The translations under genes and the position numbers were made by a program. The notes under the pieces are model-generated. The model saw nothing but the letters and a program-made list of their open reading frames with translations, did no database searches and was not told the DNA's origin. Below, one piece after another: positions 1 through 10,777 of a stretch of DNA of 64,000 nt; the first letter of the stretch is position 1; each line of letters begins with the position of its first letter. This DNA comes from an uncultured Prochlorococcus sp. (lineage in GTDB: Bacteria; Cyanobacteriota; Cyanobacteriia; PCC-6307; Cyanobiaceae), in contig CACGVZ010000002.1 in assembly GCA_902576415.1 (NCBI GenBank), positions 11,852 through 75,851 of the forward strand, given 5' to 3'.

Positions 1-484
1 TTGTTAGAGTTTTATTTATTGAAAACATTGATGGAATTGTAAAAGAATAAGCTAAGACTATGTTGCATAAACTTAAAACCGTAAAACCCAAAAGTCGCCT
101 TATGTTTTCTACATCACTTGTAGCTCTACTAATAATGTCTCCGCTCCCCTTTTTTTGTATCCATTCTGGGTCTTGAACTAGTAAATGATCAAATAGTTTT
201 TGACGAAGATTTACTTCGACTTTTCTACCTATACCAAATACAATCTGTCTCGAAAATAGTCTAATTAAACCCATACAAGTTGCTAAAAATATTAAAAAAA
301 ATGATTTAGAAATAACAAAATCTGAAGAGAAATTAATTTGTAATTGATCGATTATATTTTTTACTTGTAGTGGTATTACAACGCTCAATATATTTACCAC
401 TAAAAGAGCTAAAGCTCCCAATAAAAATTCATTTTTGTATGGTTTTAGGTATTTAAATATAATTTTTAACTTTAATTTTTTCAT
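1..484 (-). CDS. ABC transporter, fused permease/ATP-binding exporter (5' part; runs off window start)
   Basis: Manual translation from ATG at 484: MKKLKLKIIFKYLKPYKNEFLLGALALLVVNILSVVIPLQV..., with hydrophobic helices and the downstream GSGDIISRATSDVENIRR signature of ABC exporter membrane domains. Confidence 0.8.
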   Translation of the reverse strand, partial: MKKLKLKIIFKYLKPYKNEFLLGALALLVVNILSVVIPLQVKNIIDQLQINFSSDFVISKSFFLIFLATCMGLIRLFSRQIVFGIGRKVEVNLRQKLFDHLLVQDPEWIQKKGSGDIISRATSDVENIRRLLGFTVLSLCNIVLAYSFTIPSMFSINKTLT

Positions 485-564
485 TTTATTTTGCCAATAT
501 GATTAAGATAATGTTTCATTTTTAAATATGTGAGCTAATTTTATAAATGATTCATCTTTTTTCT

Positions 565-861
565 ATGAGTAACGAACAAACTCATCCCTTGCATGAAACA
601 GACAAGAATATTATAGATTCTCTTATCACTAAAGAAATACCTGAAGATCTTGACTTTATTAATTTAGCTAGATTGATTAATCGTTATAACGATTTCCCTG
701 GTGAAATTGAAATTAAAAATGATATTGAAAAAATTTTAAAATTTTGGAAAATAACTAAGAATGAACTTTTTTCAAATACAAAAAAAATTTGGTCAAAAAG
801 CTTTAGGCCCTCTAATACAAATAAAGATTTAGTTGGGTCAGGTTTTGATACTTCAAATTGA
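565..861 (+). CDS. conserved cyanobacterial protein (DUF3288-like)
   Basis: MSNEQTHPLH...LARLINRYNDFPG...WKIT..ELF pattern; ATG 565 preferred over 547. Confidence 0.7.
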   Translation: MSNEQTHPLHETDKNIIDSLITKEIPEDLDFINLARLINRYNDFPGEIEIKNDIEKILKFWKITKNELFSNTKKIWSKSFRPSNTNKDLVGSGFDTSN

Positions 862-890
862 ATTCTATCTAAATAATTTTTATTAATTAA

Positions 891-1925
891 ATGTCATCTA
901 ATTTATCAAACGCAGAAATTCTAAATATTTTGCTAGAAGGTTCAAATCTTGACGATAAAAATTCAAGATCATTAATGCGAAGATGGCTTAATGATGAAAT
1001 ATCTGATGTTGAAACGGGAGCTTTTTTGAGCGCATTGAGAGCTAAGGGATGCACTGGTGTAGAGTTGTGTTCTATGGCTGAGGAACTCTTAAATGTTTGT
1101 GAATTACCTGTAGAAAGACCAAATTTATATATGGTAGATACTTGTGGGACTGGAGGAGATGGCGCTAATACTTTTAATATTTCTACAGCAGTAGCATTTG
1201 TGTCTGCATCTTGTGGTGTAAAAATTGCTAAACACGGTAATAAAAGCGCTAGTGGAAAAGTTGGCTCTGCTGATGTTTTGTTGAATCTTGGTTTGAATTT
1301 AAGCTGTTCATTAAAAAAAGTAGTTTCTGCAGTTAATGAAGTTGGAATAACTTTTTTGTTTGCACCTGTTTGGCATAAATCCTTAATAAAACTTGCTCCA
1401 CTAAGAAAGGCCCTTGGCATAAGGACTGTATTTAATCAACTTGGACCATTGGTAAATCCTTTAAGACCAAATGCGCAAGTATTGGGCGTTGCTTCAGAGG
1501 ATCTTTTAAAGCCAATGGGAAGCGCGCTATTAAAAATGGGTATGGATAGAGCAATAGTAGTTCATGGTCATGGAGGACTAGATGAGGCGTCTCTTCAAGG
1601 TGAAAATAAATTAGTATTTGTCGAAAAAGGTGAATTAAAATACTCAAAAATGAATATTTCAGATTTTAATTGTGAAAATATTTCAAACGAGAAACTTGTA
1701 GTTTCTAAAGATAACTCTAACGAAGATATATTAAAGTCCGTTTTAAATGGTTCTGGGCAAAAATCACATAAAGATGTTGTTGCTTTGAATACTGCACTAG
1801 TTCTTTGGGTGGCAGGAATTGAGAATGATTTATATAAAGGCTTTAATAAAGCCTTATATTCAATTAATCAAGGAAATCCCTGGAATAATTTTTTACTTCT
1901 AAAAAATTATTTATCCTCCGATTAA
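891..1925 (+). CDS. trpD: anthranilate phosphoribosyltransferase
   Basis: [30 protein letters not shown] and GLDE motifs. Confidence 0.97.
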   Translation: MSSNLSNAEILNILLEGSNLDDKNSRSLMRRWLNDEISDVETGAFLSALRAKGCTGVELCSMAEELLNVCELPVERPNLYMVDTCGTGGDGANTFNISTAVAFVSASCGVKIAKHGNKSASGKVGSADVLLNLGLNLSCSLKKVVSAVNEVGITFLFAPVWHKSLIKLAPLRKALGIRTVFNQLGPLVNPLRPNAQVLGVASEDLLKPMGSALLKMGMDRAIVVHGHGGLDEASLQGENKLVFVEKGELKYSKMNISDFNCENISNEKLVVSKDNSNEDILKSVLNGSGQKSHKDVVALNTALVLWVAGIENDLYKGFNKALYSINQGNPWNNFLLLKNYLSSD

Positions 1926-1939
1926 TTAATTACAAATTG

Positions 1940-3079
1940 ATGAATAATTCATATAAAAAAAATGCAAAATTAGTTTTAAGTAATGGCATTGTATTTCCTG
2001 GATTTTCTTTTGGTGCTTCTGGATCTGCTCTTGGTGAAATAGTTTTTAATACAGGAATGACTGGATATCAGGAAGTTATGACTGATCCAAGTTATTATGG
2101 CCAAATTCTAACATTCACTTATCCAGAAATTGGAAATACTGGCATTAATCTTGAAGATTCAGAATCTAATACTAGTGTTAAGGGAATAATTGTCAGAAAT
2201 TTTTCGACTAATAATAGCAATTGGAGATCTCTAAAGAATTTTAATCAATGGTTAATTGAAAAAAATATAATAGGCCTTTATGGGATAGATACGAGAGCCC
2301 TAGTAAAAATTCTAAGATCTAATGGATCTATGAACGGAATTTTAACTTCTGAAGATAAAACTGTAGAAAATTGTTTAAAAAAAATATCTGAAATCCCAAA
2401 AATGGAGGGATTAAACCTATCAAAAGAAGTCTCCACAAAGCAACAATATTTATGGCAAAAACCTTCAGAAACAGATTTTGATATTAGAAAAAGATATTTA
2501 GAAAAGTCCAAAAAGTTAAAGATAATAGCAATTGATTTTGGAATAAAAAAATCAATTTTAAATAGATTAGTTTCCCATGGTTGTGAAATCTTAGTTTTAC
2601 CTTCGCGATCTTCTTTAGAAGATGTTTTATCTAAGAAACCTGATGGAATATTCTTCTCAAATGGTCCAGGTGACCCTTCCGCCGTTAAAGAAGGAATCGA
2701 TTTGGCAAGATCACTTATTGAATATGGTGAAATACCTATGTTCGGAATTTGCCTTGGCCATCAAATATTTGGATTAGCTTTAGGGGGTGCAACTTATAAA
2801 CTTCAGTTTGGTCATCGTGGATTAAATCATCCTTGTGGAATGAATAATCAAATTGAGATAACTAGCCAGAATCATGGTTTCGCTATTGACCCAAATTCAC
2901 TGTCAAAGGATTTAGTCAAAATTACTCACTACAATCTCAATGACAATACTGTTGCTGGATTGGAAGTTAATAATAAACCAATATTTAGTGTTCAATATCA
3001 TCCAGAAGCAGGGCCTGGTCCCCATGATTCAGATTATTTATTTAAAAAATTTGTTTCTCTAATGTTAGAAAGATGTTGA
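1940..3079 (+). CDS. carA: carbamoyl-phosphate synthase small subunit
   Basis: GEIVFNTGMTGYQE, SNGPGDP, GICLGHQ and VQYHPEA. Confidence 0.98.
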   Translation: MNNSYKKNAKLVLSNGIVFPGFSFGASGSALGEIVFNTGMTGYQEVMTDPSYYGQILTFTYPEIGNTGINLEDSESNTSVKGIIVRNFSTNNSNWRSLKNFNQWLIEKNIIGLYGIDTRALVKILRSNGSMNGILTSEDKTVENCLKKISEIPKMEGLNLSKEVSTKQQYLWQKPSETDFDIRKRYLEKSKKLKIIAIDFGIKKSILNRLVSHGCEILVLPSRSSLEDVLSKKPDGIFFSNGPGDPSAVKEGIDLARSLIEYGEIPMFGICLGHQIFGLALGGATYKLQFGHRGLNHPCGMNNQIEITSQNHGFAIDPNSLSKDLVKITHYNLNDNTVAGLEVNNKPIFSVQYHPEAGPGPHDSDYLFKKFVSLMLERC

Positions 3080-3111
3080 CATATTGTTTTCTTTTGATTT
3101 GATAATTACAT

Positions 3112-3501
3112 TTGATACATTTATTGGAGGAATTAAACATAGAAGATTTTCAGAAGTTAACAGTTTCTTTAAGAGGAAACATTGATTTAAGAACAAATAT
3201 TATTGTTTTTACTTTTAAAGGCCAACTTGATGCCTTCTCAGAAAAACAATTTAAGACTTTTGTTACTAATAATTTAAAAAATAAGTATCCATTCGTTATT
3301 GATCTTACAAAAATTGATTTTCTAGATTCTTCGGGACTTGGAGCTCTTGTTCAGACGGCTAAAGAATGTAAAAAGTTAAAATTAGGTTTTTCAATTGTTG
3401 GTAATTCAAGAGTAGCTCAAACAATTAAGCTTGTTCGTTTGGGCGACTTTCTAAATTTAAAGTCGTGTCTTGAAGATGCCTTAACTTATTTAAAAAATTG
3501 A
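3112..3501 (+). CDS. STAS-domain anti-sigma-factor antagonist (start uncertain; possibly ATA at 3139)
   Basis: IDFLDSSGLGALV phosphoacceptor motif. Confidence 0.88.
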   Translation: MIHLLEELNIEDFQKLTVSLRGNIDLRTNIIVFTFKGQLDAFSEKQFKTFVTNNLKNKYPFVIDLTKIDFLDSSGLGALVQTAKECKKLKLGFSIVGNSRVAQTIKLVRLGDFLNLKSCLEDALTYLKN

Positions 3502-3896
3502 ATTATTGGATTCAAAACTTGGTTCCATATGGTTCTCCTGAAGAAATAGGTGTTATTCAACTTGCTTGGCTTGGTGATTCAGTATGGGAACTTCATCAAA
3601 GACTTAGATATGTTCATTTTCCTTTGAAATCAAAAGACCTGCATTTATCAGTAGTGAACGAAGTAAAGGCAAAATCTCAGTCAAATTCTTTAAGTCAAAT
3701 TGAACATTTATTAAATGCAAATGAAATTGATTTAATTAGACGTGCTCGAAATAAAACTAAGAGATACCCAAAATCATCAAATCCAACCATATACTCAAGA
3801 GCAACTGGTTTTGAAACTCTTATCGGTTGGCTATTTTTAAAAGATCCTCAAAGATTATCAACTATTTTTGAATATCTTGAAATTAAAATTAAATGA
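3498..3896 (+). CDS. mrnC: Mini-ribonuclease III
   Basis: LAWLGDSVWEL and YSRATGFETLIGWL; no dsRBD; adjacent to rlmB. Confidence 0.88.
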   Translation: MNYWIQNLVPYGSPEEIGVIQLAWLGDSVWELHQRLRYVHFPLKSKDLHLSVVNEVKAKSQSNSLSQIEHLLNANEIDLIRRARNKTKRYPKSSNPTIYSRATGFETLIGWLFLKDPQRLSTIFEYLEIKIK

Positions 3897-3900
3897 ATTA

Positions 3901-4893
3901 ATGAAAAACTCTTCCAAGAATAATTTTTCCGGTAAAAATAGTAAACAAAACAAGAGAAATTCTAATTCTGATTTTCACTCTAAAAATAAAAATTCTTCAA
4001 AAATAAATAAGGATTTTTGGAAAAATCCTTCTAAGGAGAGTAATAATAATCAATATAGAAGTGACTTTTCACCTTTAAGAAAAAGAAAGCCAATACCTAG
4101 ATATAGTTCTGAATTTTCTAACAAAGCTTCCGATATTTATGAAGAGCCAGCAAATAAAAGAAATTTTGATGATTGGATTTGGGGTAAACATTCAGTTTTT
4201 GAGGCCCTCACTAACGAAAGATATATAAATAGGATTTGGTGTACTTCAGAAATATTTTCTTCAGAGAAGTTCTATATATTACTTAAGGACTTTAAATCTA
4301 GAGGAGTGCTAATTGAAGAAGTTTCTTGGAACAGGCTTTCACAATTAACATGTGGTGCTTCACATCAAGGTATTGCATTGCAGTTGGCAAGTTCTAAAAC
4401 AATATCACTGGCAAATTTAATTGATATTTCTAAAAAACAATCTGAAAATCCTATTATTCTTGCCTTAGATGGTATAACTGATCCACATAATCTTGGTGCA
4501 ATTATAAGATCTGCTGAGGCTTTTAATTGTAATGGCATTGTCATTCCTCAAAGAAGATCTGCAGGCTTAACTGGCACAGTTGCCAAAGTAGCAGCAGGAG
4601 CCTTGGAACACTTACCAGTAAGTAGAGTTGTTAATTTAAATAGGGCACTTGAGGAGTTAAAGAAAAATGGTTTTCTTGTTATTGGATTATGTGGAGATGG
4701 ACAATTATCGCTTTCAAATTTTAATGAAAAAATACCTTTGGTATTAATAGTCGGATCTGAAGATAAAGGAATTTCTTTGCTTACTCAAAAAAAATGTGAT
4801 TTCTTATTAAGGATTCCTCTTAATGGTAAAACTTCAAGTTTAAACGCCTCTGTGGCTGCCGCGATTTCAATATATCACTTGACTTGTAAATAA
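3901..4893 (+). CDS. rlmB: 23S rRNA (Gm2251) 2'-O-methyltransferase with low-complexity N-terminal extension
   Basis: LDGITDPHNLGAIIRSA, GSEDKG and SSLNASVAAA SPOUT motifs. Confidence 0.92.
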   Translation: MKNSSKNNFSGKNSKQNKRNSNSDFHSKNKNSSKINKDFWKNPSKESNNNQYRSDFSPLRKRKPIPRYSSEFSNKASDIYEEPANKRNFDDWIWGKHSVFEALTNERYINRIWCTSEIFSSEKFYILLKDFKSRGVLIEEVSWNRLSQLTCGASHQGIALQLASSKTISLANLIDISKKQSENPIILALDGITDPHNLGAIIRSAEAFNCNGIVIPQRRSAGLTGTVAKVAAGALEHLPVSRVVNLNRALEELKKNGFLVIGLCGDGQLSLSNFNEKIPLVLIVGSEDKGISLLTQKKCDFLLRIPLNGKTSSLNASVAAAISIYHLTCK

Positions 4894-5039
4894 CTTTTAA
4901 AAAAAGTGACTACAATTTTTGCTTTTTAAAATATTGTTGTTTCAATACATTTATATATTTAATGAAAATTTATTGAATTTTTACTACAAAATTGTATAGA
5001 ATTTAACAAGAATTTACGATCCATTAAGGATCTATAAAA

Positions 5040-5255
5040 TTGATTAGAAATTTTGGAAACAAACTTGGATTAGCTTGGTGGGCTAAAATTGAGACACAAA
5101 ATCCTAATACCACTTACTGGTATGGCCCTTTTCTTACTAAAAATAGCTTAAAAGAAAATATGTCAGCTTTTATGAAAGACTTAACTGATGAAGGTTCTAC
5201 TAATATTAAACATAGTATGGTTCGTTGCAAAAAAGAGGAACCATTAACCGTTTGA
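5040..5255 (+). CDS. conserved cyanobacterial protein (DUF1816-like)
   Basis: GLAWWAKIET.NP..TYWYGPF motif. Confidence 0.8.
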   Translation: MIRNFGNKLGLAWWAKIETQNPNTTYWYGPFLTKNSLKENMSAFMKDLTDEGSTNIKHSMVRCKKEEPLTV

Positions 5256-5286
5256 TCATTAAAATATTTTGATAATAACTTGAGAA

Positions 5287-6735
5287 ATGAATTTTAATTC
5301 TTTAAGAAAGGAAATTATTAGTAAAAATGTTTCTGTTAAAGAATTAACTAATGATTTTTTTTTAAAAATCGATTCCAAAGATCCAAAAATTAATTCTTAT
5401 ATTTGTACTACTAAAGAGAATGCAATAAGACAAGCTGAACATATAGATAAATTAATTCAAAAAGAAGATATCCTTCCCCCTCTTGCAGGAATCCCAATAG
5501 CAATTAAGGACAATATTTGTACGAAGGGAGTTATAACTACTTGTGCAAGTAAAATGCTCAAAAGCTTTGTTGCACCTTATGAATCTACAGCTTCAAGTAA
5601 ATTATGGTCTTCAGGAGGTATTTGTTTAGGTAAAACAAATTTGGACGAATTTGCAATGGGTAGTTCAACAGAGACTTCTGTCTTTGGAGTTACTTCGAAT
5701 CCTTGGGATATTAATAGAGTCCCCGGTGGAAGTTCAGGAGGCAGTGCTGCTTCAGTTGCCGCTGGATTATGTGCGGCTGCTATAGGTTCTGATACCGGAG
5801 GTTCAATTAGACAACCAGCCTCTTTTTGTGGGGTTGTTGGGCTTAAGCCTACCTATGGCCGAGTAAGTAGATGGGGATTAGTAGCATTTGCTAGCTCTCT
5901 CGATCAAATTGGCCCAATAACAAATACTGTCTCTGATGCTGCTGAAATTCTTTATTCAATATCTGGTAAAGATCCCTTAGATTCAACCTGTCTTGATAAA
6001 CCCGTACCAAATTATCTTAATAATTTAAACAAATCTATAAAGAATTTAAAAATTGGGATGATTAAAGAATGTTTTGAACATCCAGGCTTAAATGCAGAAG
6101 TTAAAGATTCTGTTTTATCTGCTGTTGAAAGATTTAAAACTTTAGGAGCCGACATCATAGAAGTTGAATGTCCTAGGTTTAACGACGGAATTGCTACATA
6201 TTATGTAATCGCACCATCTGAAGCATCTGCAAATTTAGCTAGATACGATGGAGTTAAATATGGTTATAGATCAAATCAAGGCTCTAATCTTTTAGATATG
6301 ACATCAAAAAGTAGAGCTGAAGGATTTGGTGATGAAGTTCAAAGAAGAATTTTGATAGGAACCTATGCTTTGTCTGCTGGATACAGTGACGCCTATTATA
6401 AGAAAGCACAACAAGTTAGAACATTAATAAGAAAAGATTTTGATAATGCTTTTAGCAAAGTAGATATTTTATTAACTCCTACATGTCCTACTACAGCTTT
6501 TTTAAAGGGAGATTTTGCCAATGATCCTCTATCTATGTATCTGTCTGACCTATTAACTGTTCCTGCTAATTTAGCAGGACTTCCAGCTATAAGTATACCT
6601 TGTGGTTTTGATGCAAAAGGATTACCTATAGGACTTCAGCTAATTGGAAATGTGTTAGAGGAGGATCGGTTATTGAATGCCGCAAATATTTTCGAAATTG
6701 ATGCTCAGGTAATTAAGAATAGGCCTCTATTTTAA
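5287..6735 (+). CDS. gatA: Asp/Glu-tRNA amidotransferase subunit A
   Basis: amidase signature [21 protein letters not shown] and [12 protein letters not shown]. Confidence 0.98.
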   Translation: MNFNSLRKEIISKNVSVKELTNDFFLKIDSKDPKINSYICTTKENAIRQAEHIDKLIQKEDILPPLAGIPIAIKDNICTKGVITTCASKMLKSFVAPYESTASSKLWSSGGICLGKTNLDEFAMGSSTETSVFGVTSNPWDINRVPGGSSGGSAASVAAGLCAAAIGSDTGGSIRQPASFCGVVGLKPTYGRVSRWGLVAFASSLDQIGPITNTVSDAAEILYSISGKDPLDSTCLDKPVPNYLNNLNKSIKNLKIGMIKECFEHPGLNAEVKDSVLSAVERFKTLGADIIEVECPRFNDGIATYYVIAPSEASANLARYDGVKYGYRSNQGSNLLDMTSKSRAEGFGDEVQRRILIGTYALSAGYSDAYYKKAQQVRTLIRKDFDNAFSKVDILLTPTCPTTAFLKGDFANDPLSMYLSDLLTVPANLAGLPAISIPCGFDAKGLPIGLQLIGNVLEEDRLLNAANIFEIDAQVIKNRPLF

Positions 6736-6819
6736 TTTTGTATTAATAATTAATTTGTAATCACAAATTATAGATCTTTCAGAAATTTTCTCTATCTTAT
6801 ATATAGAAATTATTTGAAT

Positions 6820-9800
6820 ATGGGTTTCGTTCCGCTACATAATCATAGTGACTACAGTTTACTAGATGGAGCTAGTCAAATTTCAAAAATAGTAGATAGA
6901 GCTTATGATCTTGGAATGGAATCAATAGCTCTTACTGATCATGGAGTTATGTATGGTGTTCTTGATTTGGTCAAAAAGTGTAAAGAGAAAGGCATAAAAC
7001 CAATTATTGGTAATGAAATGTACGTGATTAATGGTTCTATTGATGATCCTCAACCTAAAAAAGAAAAAAGATATCATTTGGTAGTGTTAGCAAAAAATTA
7101 TACTGGTTATAAGAATCTAGTTAAGTTAACAACAATTAGTCACTTAAATGGCATGAGAGGTCGAGGTATTTTTTCTAGACCATGTGTTGATAAATCTCTT
7201 TTAAGTAAATATAAAGATGGTCTAATAGTTTCTACGGCTTGTCTTGGTGGAGAGATACCTCAAGCTATCTTAAAAGGTAGATTAGATGTAGCAGAGAATA
7301 TAGCTCTTTGGTATAAAAAATTATTTGCAGATGATTTTTATCTAGAAATACAAGATCATGGCTCTATTGAGGATAGAATTGTAAACGTCGAATTGATAAA
7401 TATTGGGAAGAAGCACCAAATAAAAGTCATCGCTACCAACGACGCGCACTACTTATCAAACAAGGATGTTGAAGCACATGATGCTTTGCTTTGTGTACTA
7501 ACAGGAAAACTAATAAGTGACGAAAAAAGATTGAGATATACCGGTACAGAATATATTAAAAGTGAAAATGAAATGCTTGAACTTTTTAAAGATCATATTG
7601 ACGATGAATCAATTATTGAGGCAGTGAATAATACTGTAGAAATTTCTAAAAAAGTTGAATTATTTGATTTGTTTGGAAATTATAGAATGCCAAAATTCCC
7701 TCTTAATGAAGATACAGATTCATTTTCTTACTTAACACAATTATCTAACGAAGGTCTTTTAAAAAGACTTAGAAAAAATGATCTTACAGAAGTTGCTGAG
7801 AAATATAGAAACAGACTAACTTCCGAATTAAAAATTATAAAAGATATGGGTTTCCCAGATTATTTTTTGGTTGTTTGGGACTACATCAAATTTGCTAGAG
7901 ATAACTCTATCCCAGTAGGACCAGGTAGAGGTTCTGCGGCAGGCTCATTAGTAGCTTATGCCCTTCAAATCACAAATATAGATCCTGTTGAGCATGGCTT
8001 GTTATTTGAGAGATTTTTAAATCCAGCAAGAAAGTCTATGCCAGATATTGATACCGACTTTTGTATTGATAGGAGAAATGAAGTTATTGATTATGTTACT
8101 AATCGTTATGGAGAGGATAAAGTTGCACAAATAATTACTTTCAATAAAATGACCTCTAAGGCTGTTTTAAAAGATGTTGCAAGGGTTCTAGATATACCAT
8201 ATGGAGAGGCTGATAAATTGGCTAAGTTAATACCGGTTGTAAGAGGGAAACCTTATAAACTAAATGAAATGATTGATAAGAAGTCTCCTAGCCAAGAGTT
8301 TAGAGATAAATATATCAATGATGATAGAGTGAAAAAATGGGTTGATTTAGCTTTAAGAATCGAAGGAACTAATAAAACATATGGAGTTCATGCTGCTGGA
8401 GTTGTTATCGCATCGGATCCGCTTGACGAACTTGTGCCTCTTCAAAGGAATAATGAAGGACAAATAATAACCCAATATTCTATGGATGATATCGAATCAC
8501 TTGGATTATTGAAAATGGATTTCTTGGGCCTTAAGAATCTTACGATGATTGAAAAGACAGTTTCTCTTATTAATCAATCTACTGGAAAAAAAATAAATAT
8601 TGATGAGTTACCTCAAAATGATCGTAAAACCTTTGAGCTTATTGGAAGAGGAGATCTTGAAGGTATTTTTCAGCTTGAATCTTCCGGTATGAAGCAGGTA
8701 GTTAAGGATTTTAAACCTAACTCACTTGAGGATATTTCCTCCATACTAGCTCTTTATAGACCTGGTCCTCTTGATGCAGGCCTCATTCCTAAATTCATAA
8801 ATCGAAAAAATGGCAACGAAAAGGTTGATTTCCCTCATCCTTTTATTAAGTCAATCCTCACCGAAACCTATGGAATTATGGTTTACCAAGAACAAATCAT
8901 GAAAATTGCTCAAGACTTGGCCGGTTATTCTTTAGGTGATGCTGATTTACTTCGAAGAGCAATGGGGAAAAAGAAAGTATCTGAGATGGTTAAGCATAGA
9001 AATATTTTTGTAGACGGTTCTATGAAGAAAGGTGTAAATGAAAAATTAGCAAATGATCTTTTTGATCAAATGGTTTTATTCGCAGAATATTGTTTTAACA
9101 AAAGTCATTCAACGGCTTATGGCGCTGTAACTTATCAAACTGCATTTTTAAAAACCCATTTTCCTGTTGCATATATGGCAGCCCTTTTAAGTGTTAATGC
9201 CGGCTCTAGCGACAAGATGCAAAGATATATTTCTAATTGTTATTCGATGGGAATAGAAGTAATTTCACCAAGTATTAATTTTTCTGGGGTTGATTTCACT
9301 ATTAAGAATAATCAGATTATCTTCGGGTTATCTGCAATTAAGAATTTAGGAGATTCTGCAATAAGAAATATAATTGAAAATCGAAAAAGTTTTGGAATCT
9401 TTAAGTCATTATCAGATTTGTGCGATCGGTTACCTTCTAACGTTCTTAACAAAAGAAGTCTTGAATCTCTAATTCATTGTGGAGCACTAGATGAGTTTTC
9501 AAATGATAATAATAGAGCTCAGTTATTGTCAGATCTAGAACATGTTATTGAGTGGGCCTCTTCAAGAAATCGTGATAGATTATCTGGGCAAGGAAATTTA
9601 TTTGATTCTAAAGAGGAATTTTCTAATGTTGCTTTTTCAGATTCACAATTAGCTAAGGTTGATGATTATTCACTTATTGAGAAGTTAAAGTTAGAAAAGC
9701 AGCTATTAGGCTTTTATTTATCTGATCATCCTCTAAAACATTTAACTAAGCCAGCTAAACTTATATCTCCTATAAGTATTTCGCAGTTAGAAGAAATAAA

Positions 9801-10317
9801 AGATAGAACAAAAGTATCTTTAGTTGGAATGATCCCTGATTTGAAGCAAATCACAACGAGAAAAGGAGATAGGATGGCTATACTTCAACTGGAAGATCTT
9901 TCTGGAAGTTGCGAAGCAATAGTTTTTCCAAAAACCTATATTAGATTATCAGAATTTCTTTTTACTGATACTAGATTATTGTTGTGGGGAACAATAGATA
10001 AAAAAAGTGATAAGACTCAATTAATAATTGATGATTGTAGAGAAATAGATAATCTTAAATTGCTTATTATTAATCTTGAAAGTTCTCAAGCTTCAGATGT
10101 AAGAGTGCAAAATACTTTGAGAGACTGTTTAATTAAATTTAAACCAGATAAAGGTAGATGTGGAATAAAAACTCCAGTTTTAGCTGCAGTAAGAAATAAA
10201 AATAGCGTTACCTACGTTAAATTTGGAGAACAATTTTGTATTGGTGATATACAAGGAGCATGCAAATTATTAGAAAATAAATCATTTCAAGTTAATTTGA
10301 AATCTTTAGTATCCTAG
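6820..10317 (+). CDS. dnaE: DNA polymerase III alpha subunit (contiguous, no intein)
   Basis: PHP domain LHNHSDYSLLDG, GRGSAAGS, PDIDTDF, and uninterrupted FAEYCFNKSH. Confidence 0.98.
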   Translation: MGFVPLHNHSDYSLLDGASQISKIVDRAYDLGMESIALTDHGVMYGVLDLVKKCKEKGIKPIIGNEMYVINGSIDDPQPKKEKRYHLVVLAKNYTGYKNLVKLTTISHLNGMRGRGIFSRPCVDKSLLSKYKDGLIVSTACLGGEIPQAILKGRLDVAENIALWYKKLFADDFYLEIQDHGSIEDRIVNVELINIGKKHQIKVIATNDAHYLSNKDVEAHDALLCVLTGKLISDEKRLRYTGTEYIKSENEMLELFKDHIDDESIIEAVNNTVEISKKVELFDLFGNYRMPKFPLNEDTDSFSYLTQLSNEGLLKRLRKNDLTEVAEKYRNRLTSELKIIKDMGFPDYFLVVWDYIKFARDNSIPVGPGRGSAAGSLVAYALQITNIDPVEHGLLFERFLNPARKSMPDIDTDFCIDRRNEVIDYVTNRYGEDKVAQIITFNKMTSKAVLKDVARVLDIPYGEADKLAKLIPVVRGKPYKLNEMIDKKSPSQEFRDKYINDDRVKKWVDLALRIEGTNKTYGVHAAGVVIASDPLDELVPLQRNNEGQIITQYSMDDIESLGLLKMDFLGLKNLTMIEKTVSLINQSTGKKINIDELPQNDRKTFELIGRGDLEGIFQLESSGMKQVVKDFKPNSLEDISSILALYRPGPLDAGLIPKFINRKNGNEKVDFPHPFIKSILTETYGIMVYQEQIMKIAQDLAGYSLGDADLLRRAMGKKKVSEMVKHRNIFVDGSMKKGVNEKLANDLFDQMVLFAEYCFNKSHSTAYGAVTYQTAFLKTHFPVAYMAALLSVNAGSSDKMQRYISNCYSMGIEVISPSINFSGVDFTIKNNQIIFGLSAIKNLGDSAIRNIIENRKSFGIFKSLSDLCDRLPSNVLNKRSLESLIHCGALDEFSNDNNRAQLLSDLEHVIEWASSRNRDRLSGQGNLFDSKEEFSNVAFSDSQLAKVDDYSLIEKLKLEKQLLGFYLSDHPLKHLTKPAKLISPISISQLEEIKDRTKVSLVGMIPDLKQITTRKGDRMAILQLEDLSGSCEAIVFPKTYIRLSEFLFTDTRLLLWGTIDKKSDKTQLIIDDCREIDNLKLLIINLESSQASDVRVQNTLRDCLIKFKPDKGRCGIKTPVLAAVRNKNSVTYVKFGEQFCIGDIQGACKLLENKSFQVNLKSLVS

Positions 10318-10318
10318 A

Positions 10319-10768
10319 TTAACCATTCTCCTCAAAATTTTGAGTTGCAGGCTTAAAGGCTGCTTTTGCTCGTTGTATATTCATTGGAATATTTTCAATA
10401 CCGAAAAAAGATCCAGGCTCCTTATCCCAACTAGCTGATAATATTCCAAAACTTAATCCTGCGAGACCTAATAAGAAAAACAAAGCTGAAATCGCAATTG
10501 TTGAGGAGGGAGGTATTTCAGCAATATTTCTTGTAACGATAATATAGCTAACTACAAAAACTGACATTCCTAATATTGTTGGTATTCCAGCTGTAAAAAA
10601 TATTCTTCTTGCCATTCTATCAGCAACATATTTAGGTATTCCCCTTGATGATTGCTTTGGGATAGTTGCTGTATTTGTAGTATTTTCTAAATTAGAAAAG
10701 GCAGCTTTCTCAGAGAAATTTTTTTTCTTATTATTTTTTGTCTTTTTTTTAGATTGTTTTTTTTTCAT
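10319..10768 (-). CDS. pam68: PAM68-family photosystem II assembly factor
   Basis: IPKYVADRMARRI, two TM helices, LSASWD..PGS..G. Confidence 0.88.
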   Translation of the reverse strand: MKKKQSKKKTKNNKKKNFSEKAAFSNLENTTNTATIPKQSSRGIPKYVADRMARRIFFTAGIPTILGMSVFVVSYIIVTRNIAEIPPSSTIAISALFFLLGLAGLSFGILSASWDKEPGSFFGIENIPMNIQRAKAAFKPATQNFEENG

Positions 10769-10777
10769 TAATTGAAA

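Noticed and set aside
887-1420. 177-aa minus-strand ORF and the other antisense or nested ORFs in the track (e.g. 18670-19158, 40642-40986, 51680-52162)
   Set aside because: They lie opposite or inside well-supported housekeeping genes and have no recognisable motifs; these are shadow ORFs
9080-9110. dnaE intein insertion site (AEY|CFNKSH)
   Set aside because: The site is empty and the gene contiguous, which is normal for marine picocyanobacteria
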